Shown here one piece after another: positions 1-13,841 of a stretch of DNA of 53,416 nt. This stretch comes from Eledone cirrhosa (lineage: Eukaryota). A model generated the notes under the pieces. It saw nothing but the letters and a program-made list of their open reading frames with translations. It had not been told where the DNA came from and did no database searches. The stretch covers positions 1 through 53,416 of the forward strand of contig CAXHJY010001468.1 in the NCBI GenBank assembly GCA_964016885.1, in the 5' to 3' direction. Both the position numbers and the translations under genes were made by a program. Position 1 is the stretch's first letter. Every line of letters begins with the position of its first letter.

Positions 1-136
1 TATAGCAACGTCTTTCCTTTACAATGTACTACCTGATACTTTCTTATAAAATTTCAACTTTCCCGCTCAATACACATTTACATAGTTCATTTGATGCAAA
101 CGAAAATTTCTCAATACTAAAAACAAAACAACTGCC

Positions 137-171
137 ACACACACACACACACACGCGCGCGAGCGCGCGCG

Positions 172-212
<41 letters not shown>

Positions 213-335
213 CACACATTCAATTCAATTCTGAACTATATATATATATATTTATATATATATATACATATATACATACATATGTACATACATATATATA
301 TGTGCATACATATATATGTACATACATATATATAT

Positions 336-396
<61 letters not shown>

Positions 397-721
397 GACA
401 CATATATATATATATATATGCAAAAGTAAACGGAAAAAACACTGCATGTGCATACATATATATGTGCATACATATATATGTACAACACACACACACACAC
501 ACAGACATACACATATATATATATATATATATATATATGCAAAAAGTAAACGGAAAAAACACTGCATGTGCATACATATATATGTGCATACATATATAAT
601 GTACACCACACACACACACACACACACACAGACATTACACATATATATAATATATATGCAAAAAGTAAACGGAAAAAAACACTGCATGTGCATACATATA
701 TATGTGCATACATATATATAT

Positions 722-773
<52 letters not shown>

Positions 774-853
774 ATACACACTCACACATACACACAGACA
801 TATATATATAATATATATATATATGCAAAAAGTAAACGGAAAAAAACACTGCA
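137..853. repeat. Composite tandem repeat: 4 copies of a GCAAAA(A)GTAAACGGAAAAAA(A)CACTGCA core separated by (TA)n/(CA)n tracts
   Basis: Core seen at ~420, ~539, ~658 and ~825; spacing 120-170 bp, varying with microsatellite length. Confidence 0.9.
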
Positions 854-1057
854 AAATGATACAGTAGAATGAAGATGTATATACAAGAGAATACTTGTCA
901 ATGAAATTGCGCGCGCTTCATGTATTTTTGCTTTACCCCTCTCTGCATATGATTCAATAGAAATGTATTGAATACTGAATATCAGCTAATAGTGAGCGTT
1001 TTAATAGTCACCACTCCAAACAAAACTGATTGGCATTTATCAACGAAGACATTAGGT

Positions 1058-1692
<635 letters not shown>

Positions 1693-2744
1693 TACAGACG
1701 TGTATCAATAGATATACCGACATATACCTATGCACAGTTACACATATGTGTGATGTATAAGTAGTGAAGTGTCTGTCTTTGGAATGCTCCTTTATGTGTT
1801 CTACCATTCTCTTACTGCCACATGTACCATTCTCACAGATAGAAATTGTAGAAGATTATATCTCAAAATTGAAAGGCAGGAAACAAAGAATGTATTTTAT
1901 AGTGGGAAAATGTGCACATTTTAACCAATTCTACAGCAGTTATAAAGAAGCAGTTATATGAAAAGCAATAATTTTAGCAATAAACTGACAGAAACATACT
2001 AAAAAACACAGGTGATTCTAAAGAAGCGTTTTGTTAATGGAAAAATAATTTCGAAAGAATCGATTTCGATTCGGTAGAGTTGCTGTCACGGATTTGAATA
2101 TTATGTTAAATATATGTAGATGTATTGGTTTTTAACGTAAGCACTTACCTTCTAAATGTTCTTAGCGAAGAGAGGCATCTGAAATGTTCATAGGCTGACC
2201 AAGGTAACCCGTGAGGTTTATTTTTCAACCTAGTTCCTGGAAAGAAACAATGCAGTTATTAATAAGAAGAGCTGAAATTAATGTATGCAAGATTTCACAT
2301 CTCTATCATCACTAATAGTCAGCTATAAAATGTTCAGCCTACCCTCGTACAATGCTTGATGCTTTGTAACGTATGACATATGCTTAACGAATCACTGTTT
2401 GACGTTGTTCGTTTCAGCGAGGATATATAAACATACTTTATAATTATGTGTATTTGGCGTATACGTTCGTTTGTGTGCGGGTATAGTTGTGTTTTGCCGA
2501 TTGTCTTATGATCTCCGGAGTTGTAGACTTTGATAATCACTTTCAGAATCTTAAAATACTTCATGAAACATAAATTAGAATCAATTAAAAACATTAATTC
2601 CTTTTTGAATTAATAACATTAAAAATATAGTTTTGTTTTTGAATCAGAAATTGAATAGAATTTAGGGTTTTACATTTGCAGTAATTCATTTGTTTATATA
2701 TAAATAAAACTTTCTTGGATTCGATGTGTTTAAATGAGAGTGAA

Positions 2745-2866
<122 letters not shown>

Positions 2867-2946
2867 CCTGTCTTGTATGTGTTTTTCTTTATTTCATTCT
2901 TCTAGTCACTTTATATATTAAGTTAGACACAAGTTCAAAAATTTGC

Positions 2947-3052
2947 AGGGTGGTATAAGTCGATTTAATCGACCCCAGTGCGTTACTGGTACTTTATTTT
3001 ATCGATCCCGTAAGGATGGCAGGCAAAGCTAACCTCAGCGGAATTTGATCTC
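2947..3052 (-). mobile_element. SINE family B fragment
   Basis: Reverse complement of the motif GAGTTCAAATCCCGCCGAGGTTAGCTTTGCCTTTCATCCTTACGGGGTCGATAAAATAAAGTACCAGT seen at 4535. Confidence 0.8.
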
Positions 3053-3129
3053 AATAATAAAACCACCATGACCATAACCAATAATAATAGTGATGATAAA
3101 GATGAAGTTATATATACAATAGCATAATG

Positions 3130-3830
3130 AATCGTTGGTCAAAAAAGCTCTTTGGTGGCCAATAGAAAAAAAAAACTAGGACATTCGGAATACTGGATAT
3201 AAAGGGCAGAACAAAGATTGAATGATTGTTGATTGTGTCACAAGATCAAATACTCCTTAGCAGGAACCACCCAAAACACCCAAAACTGCAGAATACTTAG
3301 AGATGAGAGAGAAATAGTCCAGCCCATTCTCTCTGGGTACACATCTTTAGCCAATAATGAATATACCCATATGCATCATAGAATTGGTATTTACATATGT
3401 TGGACGCTATGCCATCATTATAGAACATCAACAGACAGGAGATATCATAGACCTATCATACATGCGTGCTTTTGTGTTTATGAAATTTGGCTCACAATCA
3501 TCGTAAGGTCGTGAGTTCGATTCTCGGTGACGCGCTGTGTCCTCGAGCAAGACAATTTATTTCACGTTGTTCCAGTTCACTCAGATGGCAAAAAGGAATT
3601 GTACCTCTAATTCGAAGAGCCAGTCTTGTCACATTCGGTGTCACACCGAATCTTCCTGAGAACTACGTCAAGAGCATGTGTGTTTATGGAATGATCAGCC
3701 ACTTGCACGTTAATTTCATAAGCAGGCTGTTCCGTGGTTCGGATCAATCGGAGCATTCGTCGTCGTAACCGATGGAGAGCCTTCCACATACACCAGAAAA
3801 TATCTCAGACAATCAGAAAACGACCAAACC
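3130..3830 (+). pseudogene. Decayed R4/Dong-clade non-LTR retrotransposon fragment (CCHC knuckle region), interrupted by a SINE
   Basis: SQDQ...CRILRDEREIVQPILSGYTSLANNEYTHMHHRIGIYICWTLC matches the pattern of the better-preserved copy at 30300-30569; coding resumes as HTPEN after the SINE. Confidence 0.7.
3463..3786 (+). mobile_element. tRNA-derived SINE family A (CORE-like central region), nested in the R4 fragment
   Basis: B box GAGTTCGATTC; TGTGTCCTCGAGCAAGACAATTTATTTCACGTTG; homologous to 52015-52131; flanked by CATACA direct repeats (3457-3462, 3787-3792). Confidence 0.8.
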
Positions 3831-4459
3831 GCAGAATATGTTAAAACACACACAGGAAAGTGAAATTAAGGGTATAGCCATGACTCCTCGAACACTGATG
3901 AGTTTCTTTCTTTTCTCCTACCATTCTTAGAGGCACTGAAATGGTTCATAATCGATACCATTCCCTCTTTTCTGAATAAGCGTCAAAGAAGAAAAAGAAA
4001 TTCAAATCTCTTGGAATCCCGTTGAGGTGACCGACATTTCAAAATATTTTTCTGTGTCAGGTTTGAAGATGAGCGTGACAAACAAACACAACGCAATATT
4101 ATTTTAGTTATATTGATTATAATGTCAAAAGTCAATCATTCTAATGAATTAGCAATTGAAATAATTTTCTTTTCTTTTTATCGGGATAAATATTAGCTTT
4201 ATTTATGAATGTGAATCGTGGAAACACGCATAGAACGCACGTCACAACATTGAATGGTTCGCTTAATAATATATATAGCTTATGTCGTGCAGATTTTTCG
4301 GAATAATAATCGTTTTTTTTTGTGTGTGTGGGGGGGCATTTTTTAATGAGAAATTATATTGACTTTGATATGCAAATAGAAAACAAGCTTGGAGATAGGT
4401 ATATGTTGTGGCAGAAGTATGCTAAACTATTGAAACCAATAACATACACATTTATATGC

Positions 4460-4650
4460 GCCGAGGATTGGCAGCATCGACAGAGCGTCAACCAGCATCC
4501 TTTCCAGCATAGAGTTATGGCCCTTTACGTTCTGAGTTCAAATCCCGCCGAGGTTAGCTTTGCCTTTCATCCTTACGGGGTCGATAAAATAAAGTACCAG
4601 TAATACACTGGGGTAATTGCTGGCCTTGTGCCAAAAGTGGAAACAATTAT
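4460..4650 (+). mobile_element. SINE family B copy
   Basis: A-box-like TTGGCAGCATCG, B box GAGTTCAAATCC, central GCCTTTCATCCTTACGGGGTCGATAAAATAAAGTACCAG, 3' GCTGGCCTTGTGCC. Confidence 0.85.
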
Positions 4651-6469
4651 TCATATATATATATAATTGTTTTTTTTATTTAAATGTGAGAATCCAAAGG
4701 CAGAAAATAATTGTAACAACAGTCGATCGGTTTAAATAATAACTTTAGAAAAACTGGTAAATCATTGTGAGAAAAATTTGATAAACTGAACTTATATCGA
4801 ATTCTGTTTCGCTGCCTGGTTTGCAAAATTATTCCTTCACCTGCTCTATCACCATCATTACCAGGTGTCTTTTAATAGACTTTGATAATAAGAAAAAATT
4901 CATGTAATTGAATACTTTATCTAAAATAATTTACATTTCATTAACATTTTAATTAAAATTAGGTATGGGTTCCGCAGCAAAACAAATTTTCAGGAAACAG
5001 CTACTAAGCATATATATATATTACCAGTTTAAATATATCCGTTTCTTTCAAGTGGGCTTGTTCTGCAACAAGCTAGGTGTCATCTGAAAGAGAGATTTTG
5101 AATAAAGATGAATGGTTTATATTCAGACAGTCTTCTGGTAAGACAGATAGTTTTTTTTTTTTTTAATCTTTTTATAAATTTTCGAGATTTGTTTTGTTTA
5201 GGAAAGTTAATAAAGCTTACAATTAAATTTTTACAAAAATTAATGTAATTTTATTTTAATTAAATATTCTTCTGTGGAAATAAAACAAATTCTTATCAAA
5301 AGTAAAAACAAAAACAAATAAAGAAACCAAAAAACAACTTTTAATTATAGTTGAATTTAATTGTCGGTGATCATCTAGATAAAGCATAGGAAGAAAGTCT
5401 TCTGTCTTCCCAATCAATAAACCAATAAAAAAATGCAATAATTATCATCAACTGGATGTCATCTTAATTAAAATGAGATTTTAAAACGCTTGGAAGATCA
5501 GTAATTCAAAACTAAAGTTTCAAGTTCCTTAAACGATATTGTACTATGATTACACTCAAGTATGCAGTGGTACTTTTAATTTTTTACGAAGAATAAACAT
5601 ATTTTGTTATATTGCACACTGTACATTGATATAGAAAGTAAAAATGTTATTAAAATACGCAACAACCATTTTGTTTGTTAACTCTTTCGTTAACATATTT
5701 CTAATGAAAGACATTATCACCGAGTTTCAAATAATGTATTATATATAAACATACTATGTCAACTATATTTTACAAACAGAAGTTATACAATGATGGAGAT
5801 ATTAAAAAGAAAGATAAAAATAAAATTAAGTAATGAAAAAACATGGAGGAAATGGTAAAGAAGGGCAGATCTAGTTGAATAGGAAGCTAGACGAAAGGAC
5901 TATAAATGCCATAAATGGGAAGAAAAGTGCAAAGACTAATAGGCAATGGGAGAAAGAAAAAGGGAAGGGGAGAGAGTGACAGTCTCTGTGCCTAGGACGG
6001 AGCGGTGTTTCCCCTGCCCTCGTCAAGAATTCGGAAGGAGACTTGATAGTGAATAAGATAGTGTTTGGAAAGTAACTAAACAAAGGCTCTTGCATAAAAT
6101 TATCATAGAGATTTTAGATAAAAATATATACAGTAAAAAAGATCGTTTTGTATTGGAGGTTCAAGAGCGAATTCGTGTGATTTGATATCAAAAGGGTTAA
6201 ATAGTTTACTAAATGAGGGAAAATCATTTCTAGGGATTCGGTGACATATACGGGAAGGGGAGGCAATTATTTCCAGACTTGAAACCTGCTCTGAATGAAT
6301 GCAATAGAGTGGGATCCAGTAAAGTCCCCCAAACGCCTTGTAGTGGGGTTAAATTGAAAGAAGGATAAAGTCTACCACCCAGAAATTGGAACAGCGGTGA
6401 CTAGTTCGGAGTGCAGTCAGCAACATAAACATCAAATATAGGTTAAAGTGTTATCATTATTAATCAAGG

Positions 6470-6642
6470 GTAGAGGATTGGTAGTATCGGTAGAAGGTCG
6501 GACGCCATGCTTTGCAACATAGAGTTATGACCCTTTACCGCCGAGGTTATTTTGCCTTTCCTTCTTAATGGGTCGATAAAATTAAGAATCAGTAATGCAC
6601 TGGGATAATTGCTGGCCTCGTACCGAAAGTAGAAACAATTAT
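6470..6642 (+). mobile_element. SINE family B copy
   Basis: Collinear with 4460-4650 and 9938-10125. Confidence 0.8.
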
Positions 6643-6763
6643 TATTAATCAAACCATTCAAAGGAATTAATGTTGAGTAAATATAATCAGTAAAGTAAGA
6701 ATCCAATATAGAATAAGTGTTATCATCGGAAAAAAGCACCTGCACTATACTTAACTTCTTTAT

Positions 6764-6828
6764 AACAGCATGTTTCTCTAGAGCAGCATGTTTCTTTATA
6801 GCAGCATGTTTCTCTATAGCAGCATGTT
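6764..6828. repeat. 18-bp minisatellite (AGCAGCATGTTTCTCTAT), about 3.5 copies
   Basis: Direct reading. Confidence 0.9.
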
Positions 6829-7031
6829 TAAAACATTTTTAATGCTTTCAGCTGCTCCTAATTTCATTTTTTGCATTTATATGCTCATATTTTCATACGC
6901 TTGTTCTACCTTTGCTATCTTCTCTTATATAAATGTTGATACTTATGCCTACTTCCCATATTATGTATCCTCAAAATGTTCATTGACAAACTTCTGATAT
7001 TATATTTGTGTTTTAACCTTTACTGTATACA

Positions 7032-7074
7032 CCGATGATTCCGGGCTTGTGCTAGGATGAAACTATTGTAAGTG
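7032..7074 (+). ncRNA. Degenerate type I hammerhead-like motif (CCGAUGA family)
   Basis: CCGATGA-ttcc...gga-t-GAAAC-tatt-GTA; homologous to 29377-29419; stem I does not pair. Confidence 0.4.
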
Positions 7075-7119
7075 ATTAAATGTTATAAAACACTTTTTGA
7101 TTGTGGTACATAAAGAATA

Positions 7120-7236
<117 letters not shown>

Positions 7237-7255
7237 CATATAAATCGAAAGTGTC

Positions 7256-7474
7256 TACGAGCTGAAAAGTTCCTGGCTTTGGGTAAAATAAAATACAGGA
7301 GGATCAGTTAATTATGATTTTATACAACTTATTATGCTCTCTCTCTGATCCATATACTGATTGCAGCGGTCCTTCAGTTCTTCTAAGCCCTCTAAAAAGA
7401 ACTCGGAAGGTTGGGTATACAAGCAGGCCTCTATAGCAGCGATAAAACCAGGAACTTTTCAGCACCTCTTCGTA
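7256..7474. mobile_element. Tc1/mariner-type MITE
   Basis: TIRs TACGA..GCTGAAAAGTTCCTGG / CCAGGAACTTTTCAGC...TCGTA, TA at both ends, about 220 bp, non-coding. Confidence 0.85.
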
Positions 7475-8004
7475 GTTGTGAAATTATCTTCTGAACCACG
7501 AAGCCATGCTCGCGGCCCCTTTTTCGATCGAAGCTATCAAGCTAATCTTATTCCTCTCGTTGTTAAATCTAACTAGACTTTCTATTATATATAAATAAAA
7601 AAAGCCGGAATTAATGTATTAATTTGCAAAGTTCTTTTTTCTTTCTTTGCAAAACAAGAATACGGTTAATAGGATGTTACACAGGATGAAAGGAAACTAC
7701 GGCAAATTACTGCTTAAATCAATTATCGGAGATGCTGGAAGGTCAATAATATTGCAAATAAAATAAAATCAGGTTAATTATAAATTTGAAGTTCACTGGG
7801 TGAAAATATCTATTGCGCCAGGTACTCGTTAGCCCCTCAGATGTAAACCTATAATTAAGTCGAACATTTGGAAAATCAAATGCAGACAACAACTCATTGA
7901 AGATATTTAGGGTTAAATATTTAAGATTTGAAATATATTTCATTTAAACTCATTTAAACTCATTTAAGTTTGACTGGATTGAATTTTTCTCATTTTATTT
8001 TTTA

Positions 8005-8105
8005 CTTTTCTTATATTCTTTTACTGGCTTCGAACATTAGACTGCAGCCATGAAGGGGACATGGCTTTGAAGGTATTTAGTCAAATATATCGATCTCAGC
8101 ACTAT
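8005..8105 (-). mobile_element. SINE 3' end carrying a tail related to the CR1/L2-group LINE
   Basis: Reverse complement GTCCCCTTCATGGCTGCAGTCTAATGTTCGAAGCCAGTAAAAGAATATAAG resembles the LINE tail at 50600-50658. Confidence 0.65.
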
Positions 8106-8261
8106 TAGCATTAAGCAACTTATAGTACAAGATCCGTCCCTGGTAAAGACACCAAACTGAGAGGACTAGAACAAAGTGAAATGAATGTGGTGCTCAAAGA
8201 TATAGCGTGCTCCTGGTCAGTCATACAAAAGCCCCGCCAACAAATACACCAGCCATTTTAA

Positions 8262-8650
8262 TATATCCGTTTGGACAAAGCTCGTTGAAGAAGTAAATTT
8301 CCTGTCCGCTGAATTCTAGAAGTCTTATATATTTTTATGTGAGCTGATAGAGAACAGTTTAAGGATTTACAGAAACCCAAGAAGCTAGATTTAACATCTT
8401 CCTAGCGGGTCCGGGTATGCTTTTTACATTCATTTAATTTATTGAATTATTGAGATTTTTTATCTGAGTGTCCCGAATCTTCCGTAATCGTAAATTTTCG
8501 ATCGTGCGGTTGATTATAGACTTGTTCTGTGTGTGACGGTATTTTAACGATAGTTATAGCTCTGATTTATCTAAATCAGTGAGCACTCTGCCGCTCATAT
8601 CGAATTTTGTTTATCGTGAACTCGTACGCCGATTTTTCGATACTCGATCA

Positions 8651-8656
<6 letters not shown>
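8262..8656 (-). repeat. ~390-bp dispersed repeat, copy 1
   Basis: Collinear reverse complement of 44877-45259; abuts (TA)n. Confidence 0.85.
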
Positions 8657-8707
<51 letters not shown>

Positions 8708-9479
8708 ATTTTTCCCTGAATTTCACTAAATTCTGTTGGATGAATCTATATCCTGATTCTTTTTGAATTGAGTTTGAATTATTTTCCCCACATCTTACGT
8801 TAACTATTTTCCCATTTTGACGCTATAGTCACTTATATATTATGAAATACTGTGTGCTTCTTGCTCATAATAATTTCTATACTTTTCATTTATATATATA
8901 TATATTTAGAGAGAGAAAGAGAGAGAGATTTCAACATACAGTAATGAAGGTAATATTTTCATGCCAATGACTCAAAAGTATAACTGCTTTTTATTCAATC
9001 GATTGGTTTATAGAAATACATAGACTAAAATACTTAAAATGTATAAACTTTCTAATATAATCTGTATTCATATTTCATGGATACATTTAGAGTAGTAAGT
9101 AACAAATCAAAAATCATTATTGATGTATCTAAAATGTACACACTTCGATATAACACGAAAATAAGTCGTTTATTTTCATTTTTATTTTTAATCATGTATG
9201 TCTGCCGCCATTAGATATATTAAACCGTCGCTTCAAAATGTGTTTCATAATTAAAAACCTTGCGATCGAATCTATTCAATCTATTACGATAATCAGTCTG
9301 TCAGACTCAATTTCAATTAATCTATATTAATTTAAACTTTGGGGTTGCTTCCTTCTTTTTCTTTATCAGATTGTTTCGTTTTTTCTCTTTAATATGGCTG
9401 AAATTTTAATTAATTAAAACATTATTAGTCCAATACATTATGTTAGTACCAACTATTTATTTGCTTTAGTACATTGGTG

Positions 9480-9665
9480 GTTTGAGGAAAAGCGTTAGTC
9501 GATTATATCAACCACAGTACATAGTACACATACACATTTTTTCGACACAGAAAGATGGAAGGCAAATTGACTTCGGTGGGATTTTTAACTCAAAACATAA
9601 AAATCTGGAACTAAATCCCCAAAATGCTGTCCTATGCTTCAAAAACTTTGCCAATCCGCCGCCCT
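9480..9665 (-). mobile_element. Degenerate SINE family B copy
   Basis: GAAAGATGGAAGGCAAATTGACTTCGGTGGGATTTTTAACTCA ... TTTGCCAATCCGCCGCC. Confidence 0.65.
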
Positions 9666-9937
9666 AACTTTTGTATATTTATCACATCTTAACCATTTAG
9701 CATTTCCATTACTCTACATTTACTATTATATTTTCACGGTACCTCACATAATTATCTCAAATAATATCGAATCTATGAGATTTTGATATTATTTATTTTG
9801 AGCACAATACCTTAACATCAGTAAGAGTGGCTGGTTACAGTCGGTTTTATCAGAAAGGGGTGATAGAATTCTGGTTGAATACGCTGGTTTAAATATACTC
9901 CAGATGTGTTAGCATCCAGTAAGAAGATATGCCATTA

Positions 9938-10125
9938 TGGTGGATTGGCAGTATCGGTAGAGGGTCGGACGCCATGCTTTGACGCATAGAGTTACGACGC
10001 TTGCTATTCTGAGTTCAAATCCCAACGAGGCTAACTTTGCTTTTCATCCTTACGGGGTCGATAAAGTAAAGTACCAGTAATGTACTGAGTAATTGCTGGC
10101 CTTGTGCCAAACGTAGAAACAATTA
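9938..10125 (+). mobile_element. SINE family B copy
   Basis: A and B boxes plus the central motif. Confidence 0.85.
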
Positions 10126-10735
10126 TTAGAACCCCATTTCAATAGCTCGCTGAGGATATCATATTGTCAGTTCTTTAATTTTAACCTCAGTGAAATCTAC
10201 TCAATGCTGGATATATGAAGAAGCGTGTGTACATGACTCGAACGGCCCTTCACATTCCCTCTTGCCAGCTGGTGTTCTGGCAATGTCAGTGATGAAATCC
10301 CAGAGAATTTGCTTTAGGTATTTCCCAACAAAATGATGCTAACAACTTCAAACTATGTCTTACAACACAACAGCAGAGTTTCTACTTAACTACTACAACT
10401 GCTAGAAATAGCAACTAGATCTTACTTAACTCGTAGCTTATTCGACTTAAAATATTTTTATTTTTTAATGAACGGGGTACGTAACTGAGTCCTAAATACA
10501 ATGTCTGAAATAAAGTTGGAATGGTCACGGCTGAAATCACTCTGATTATAAGCCTGCTCATTCATAGCTTGACAACAATTCGATTGTCTTCGTCGTCTGT
10601 AATAGACGTCCTGAATATAGGTACCCTGTAAGTCTTCAATGCACAGGCCATAGAAAACTAATGTGTACTAATCTGTTCTTTTTTTCATGTCCGACACTCT
10701 AAAACTTTCACCATCCCACCCACTTCTCTGATCTG

Positions 10736-10934
10736 CAGACCTGCCAACCTCTAAAAATCCAAACGAGGAGTACCATGAAAAAAGTGACTAAAACCGGGGA
10801 GAAATGAGTCGAAATGGGGAGATTTTACACAATGAAAGCTATACCAATTTCTAAAAGAGAAGACATCTCTCACCCACCCCAAATAAGGTGGGAGATCTCC
10901 CCGTGGCATCGGACGGAGAGAGTTAACAGGTCCG
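10736..10934 (+). mobile_element. MITE with CAGACCTGCCAAC-type TIRs (hAT-like), copy 1
   Basis: Ends CAGACCTGCCAAC / GTTAACAGGTCCG; flanked by a GATCTG direct repeat. Confidence 0.75.
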
Positions 10935-10949
10935 GATCTGATACAATTT

Positions 10950-11215
10950 AATCAACCCCGAATAATCTCAAGCGTTAGTTGCCCTCAGTGAAATTTGAAT
11001 TTACTATTCATAGAATCAGAACAAATATTGGAAAGAATTTTATCCGATGTTCTAACAAGTTGTACCAATTCTCCACCCCGATGTAGTACAATTTTATTGA
11101 CCACGAATGGATGAATGGTAAAGTTGACCTCTGTGAGATTTGAACTGATGATTCGGAGAGTCGAAATAAATACTGCAAGGCATTCTATCCTATATTTTAG
11201 TCCAGTCTGCCAACA
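10950..11215 (-). mobile_element. Two degenerate SINE family B fragments
   Basis: GGATGAATGGTAAAGTTGACCTCTGTGAGATTTGAACT and a related upstream segment. Confidence 0.55.
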
Positions 11216-11877
11216 TTTAAAACATTTACCTTATGTATTTCTAAACATTAAAGAGCGACAATGCTTTAGTGTCCTAGCATTTGTCCACCTGTAGTATAGT
11301 TGCTTACAGGAATTTTCAGTTTTCTGACTTTAAACACATGCCTACTGTTTCAAACAAGATAATTAGGTTGTGTTTCACCACCGGCTGAATAACTGACGTC
11401 TTAGGAGAAAGATATTAGCCAGATGCATGCTTGGTACCGTCAGGAGAGGAAAGTGATATTAAAGCTATGAGAGACATATGTCAGTAATATTATCAGGTTT
11501 TCTCTTCTGAAAAATACGATTGGAATTTCTATTCTGAATAGATTTCTGTGATTAATAAATCTCAGGTATGCTATTTTATCCTTTATATTTTGAGTTTTAC
11601 TATTATTTACTGTGATAAAAATATTTACTCACAGCACACACAGAAATGAGGTATCTTTATTAGCAAAAATAGGCGCCAATACACGACGTGCAGGGAGGCC
11701 AGAAATTTTAATTAGCTTATATAATCGTGCATAAATCATATCTGTTTCACCGAAAATACTTGGTGAAAACAAGCATGCGATTTATCTGTTAAATTTAAAA
11801 CACCTCGATATATACAAATACTGAATCAAACATGTATGTAAAATGAGTCTACGACTTATACGGTAATTGACATTACC

Positions 11878-12042
11878 CAAACCTGTCAACTCTCCCCTCC
11901 CTCGTCCGACAGGGAGATCTCACACCCAATTTCGGGTCGGTGAGAGATGTCTTCTCTTGTGAAAATGCTTCATTTCTCCCCGTTTGGGAGCACTTTTTTT
12001 CACGGTATTCTCCGTTTGGGTCTTTAGAGGTTGGCATGTCTG
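11878..12042 (-). mobile_element. Same MITE, copy 2, inverted
   Basis: Internal sequence is the reverse complement of copy 1 (GGGAGATCTC, GAGAGATGTCTTCTCTT); ends CAAACCTGTCAAC / GTTGGCATGTCTG. Confidence 0.75.
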
Positions 12043-12244
12043 TGTTACCATCATCTCTTACTAGGGTTTGCGAAAGTGGCTGACATCTTCATTTGAATAA
12101 CAAAATAACAAAACGAAAATCAGTTGATTCTGGGAGAAAGAGAGAGGGGGTGAATAATGACCTGTTACTCAACTAGTACTTTATATATGAGTGACAAGTA
12201 ATAATTATTATCATTGTTATAACGGTAATTATTATCATTATTTC

Positions 12245-12540
12245 GCGGCATAGTTATATTTCTGAGTTCAAATCCTGCCGAGGTTAGCTTTGCCTTTCAT
12301 CCTTACGGGGTCGATAAAATAAAGTGCAAATAACGCACAGACGTCAATTTACTCTACTTTCCTTACCCCCCATAATTGTTGGCCTAAAATCGTAGTAAAG
12401 AGTTACAACCTTTTACGAGGTTAACTTGGCCCTTCATCCTTACGGGGTCGATAAAATAAAGTTCCAGTAACGCACTGGAGTCAATTCGACTATCCTCTTC
12501 CCCCAAATTGCTGGCCTTGTGCTTAAATAAGAAAGCATTA
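12245..12540 (+). mobile_element. Two tandem SINE family B copies
   Basis: TTCATCCTTACGGGGTCGATAAAATAAAGT occurs at ~12296 and ~12433. Confidence 0.85.
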
Positions 12541-13204
12541 TTATAACAGTAAATAATAAGGGAGAAGTAAAAAAGGGGTGAGGTGACAAAGTGAACATGT
12601 TAAGAGAAGTGCAACTGTCTAAGCTAGAATAAAATATAACCAACATGTGATATATGTACATACATGTATATATATATATATATATATTCACCCAGCCCTT
12701 GCGAGCAGGGAAGGCAAATGTTAAATATTATATATACTAGCAGAAAAACCACCCTCCGAGTGGTTTTCTGCTAGCGTGTGTATTGTGCGTATTGATATTA
12801 TATGCAAGTATATATGCATGGAGATATGACATGTCAAATAAAATCGTAATTGAGAATATGCACAGAAATTGAAGAGAGTCTGTGTTACACTCTCTTCTGT
12901 AATCAGTAACGTAATCCATGATACTTTTAAAAAGACGATATTATATATAAACTGCATTAGAAGATATTAGCGACGGAAATATATGCGATGTTTTTATAAC
13001 TGTTACAATATAACGGGCGCTAACCGGAAGTGTTGACATTTGAACATTTTAAAGAAGTGAATCTTTAAATAAACAATAAAATTATTTAGTACATAAATTA
13101 TGTAATATTCATTCATTATTTATTCAAAGTAATCCAACTTATTTCACAAACGGGATAAAAAAATATATTCTGAACGCAGTCCTGCACTCCTTTCTTTATT
13201 ATAG

Positions 13205-13307
<103 letters not shown>

Positions 13308-13401
13308 ATAAGTATCTAGAGAGAGATGAAGGGAATGTGATGTGAACTTATCTATAAAACCCATTCGAGGTCATGTAAGGAACGCTTTTTAATTTGTTTA
13401 T

Positions 13402-13441
13402 GCCCTTGAGAAGCCCAGTCGGGCGAAACGTACGTAGGTGC
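13402..13441 (+). ncRNA. Minimal type I hammerhead ribozyme motif (U3-A8 core variant)
   Basis: gccc-TTGAGAA-GCCC(agtc)GGGC-GAAAC-gtac-GTA-ggtgc; palindromic stem III ACGTACGT; AATAAA follows. Confidence 0.65.
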
Positions 13442-13494
13442 TATTTTAAATAAACATGCTTTAACGGTTTGTTGTCCTTTATATATTTCTCCAC

Positions 13495-13556
<62 letters not shown>

Positions 13557-13560
<4 letters not shown>

Positions 13561-13668
13561 CGCGGATTACAGCTGGCGAAGGATTCTTTCTTCTTTTCTC
13601 CTCTTGTTCCGTCCAAACCATCATCATAGACCTTGTTTTTAGTAACCACACAGCTCCTTTCGTTTCTT

Positions 13669-13669
<1 letters not shown>
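13557..13669 (+). repeat. ~110-bp dispersed repeat between (TA)n tracts
   Basis: Near-identical to 25727-25833; its 5' part also occurs at 19735-19762. Confidence 0.85.
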
Positions 13670-13717
<48 letters not shown>

Positions 13718-13841
13718 TTGTGCATGTATGTATATATGTATGTTTGTGTATATATGTGTGTGTGTGTGTATACTCAAAATCAAACGGCACAGTACAAAGT
13801 AGAAATATATTAGTTTTACGCTTGATATAGAAGGAAAAGAG

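Noticed and set aside
417-853. CRISPR-like repeat-spacer pattern
   Set aside because: Spacers are microsatellites rather than unique sequence, the context is eukaryotic, and there are no cas genes.
1764-2012. Possible exon IEIVEDYISKLKGRKQRMYF...
   Set aside because: Plausible acceptor, but in-frame stops, no recognisable family and no partner exon.
3890-3948. Hammerhead at CTGATGAG...GAAA
   Set aside because: Extra bases before GAAA, and no stem III or cleavage triplet.
11143-11172. CTGATGA...GAAA motif
   Set aside because: It lies in the antisense B-box region of a decayed SINE, and the stems do not form.
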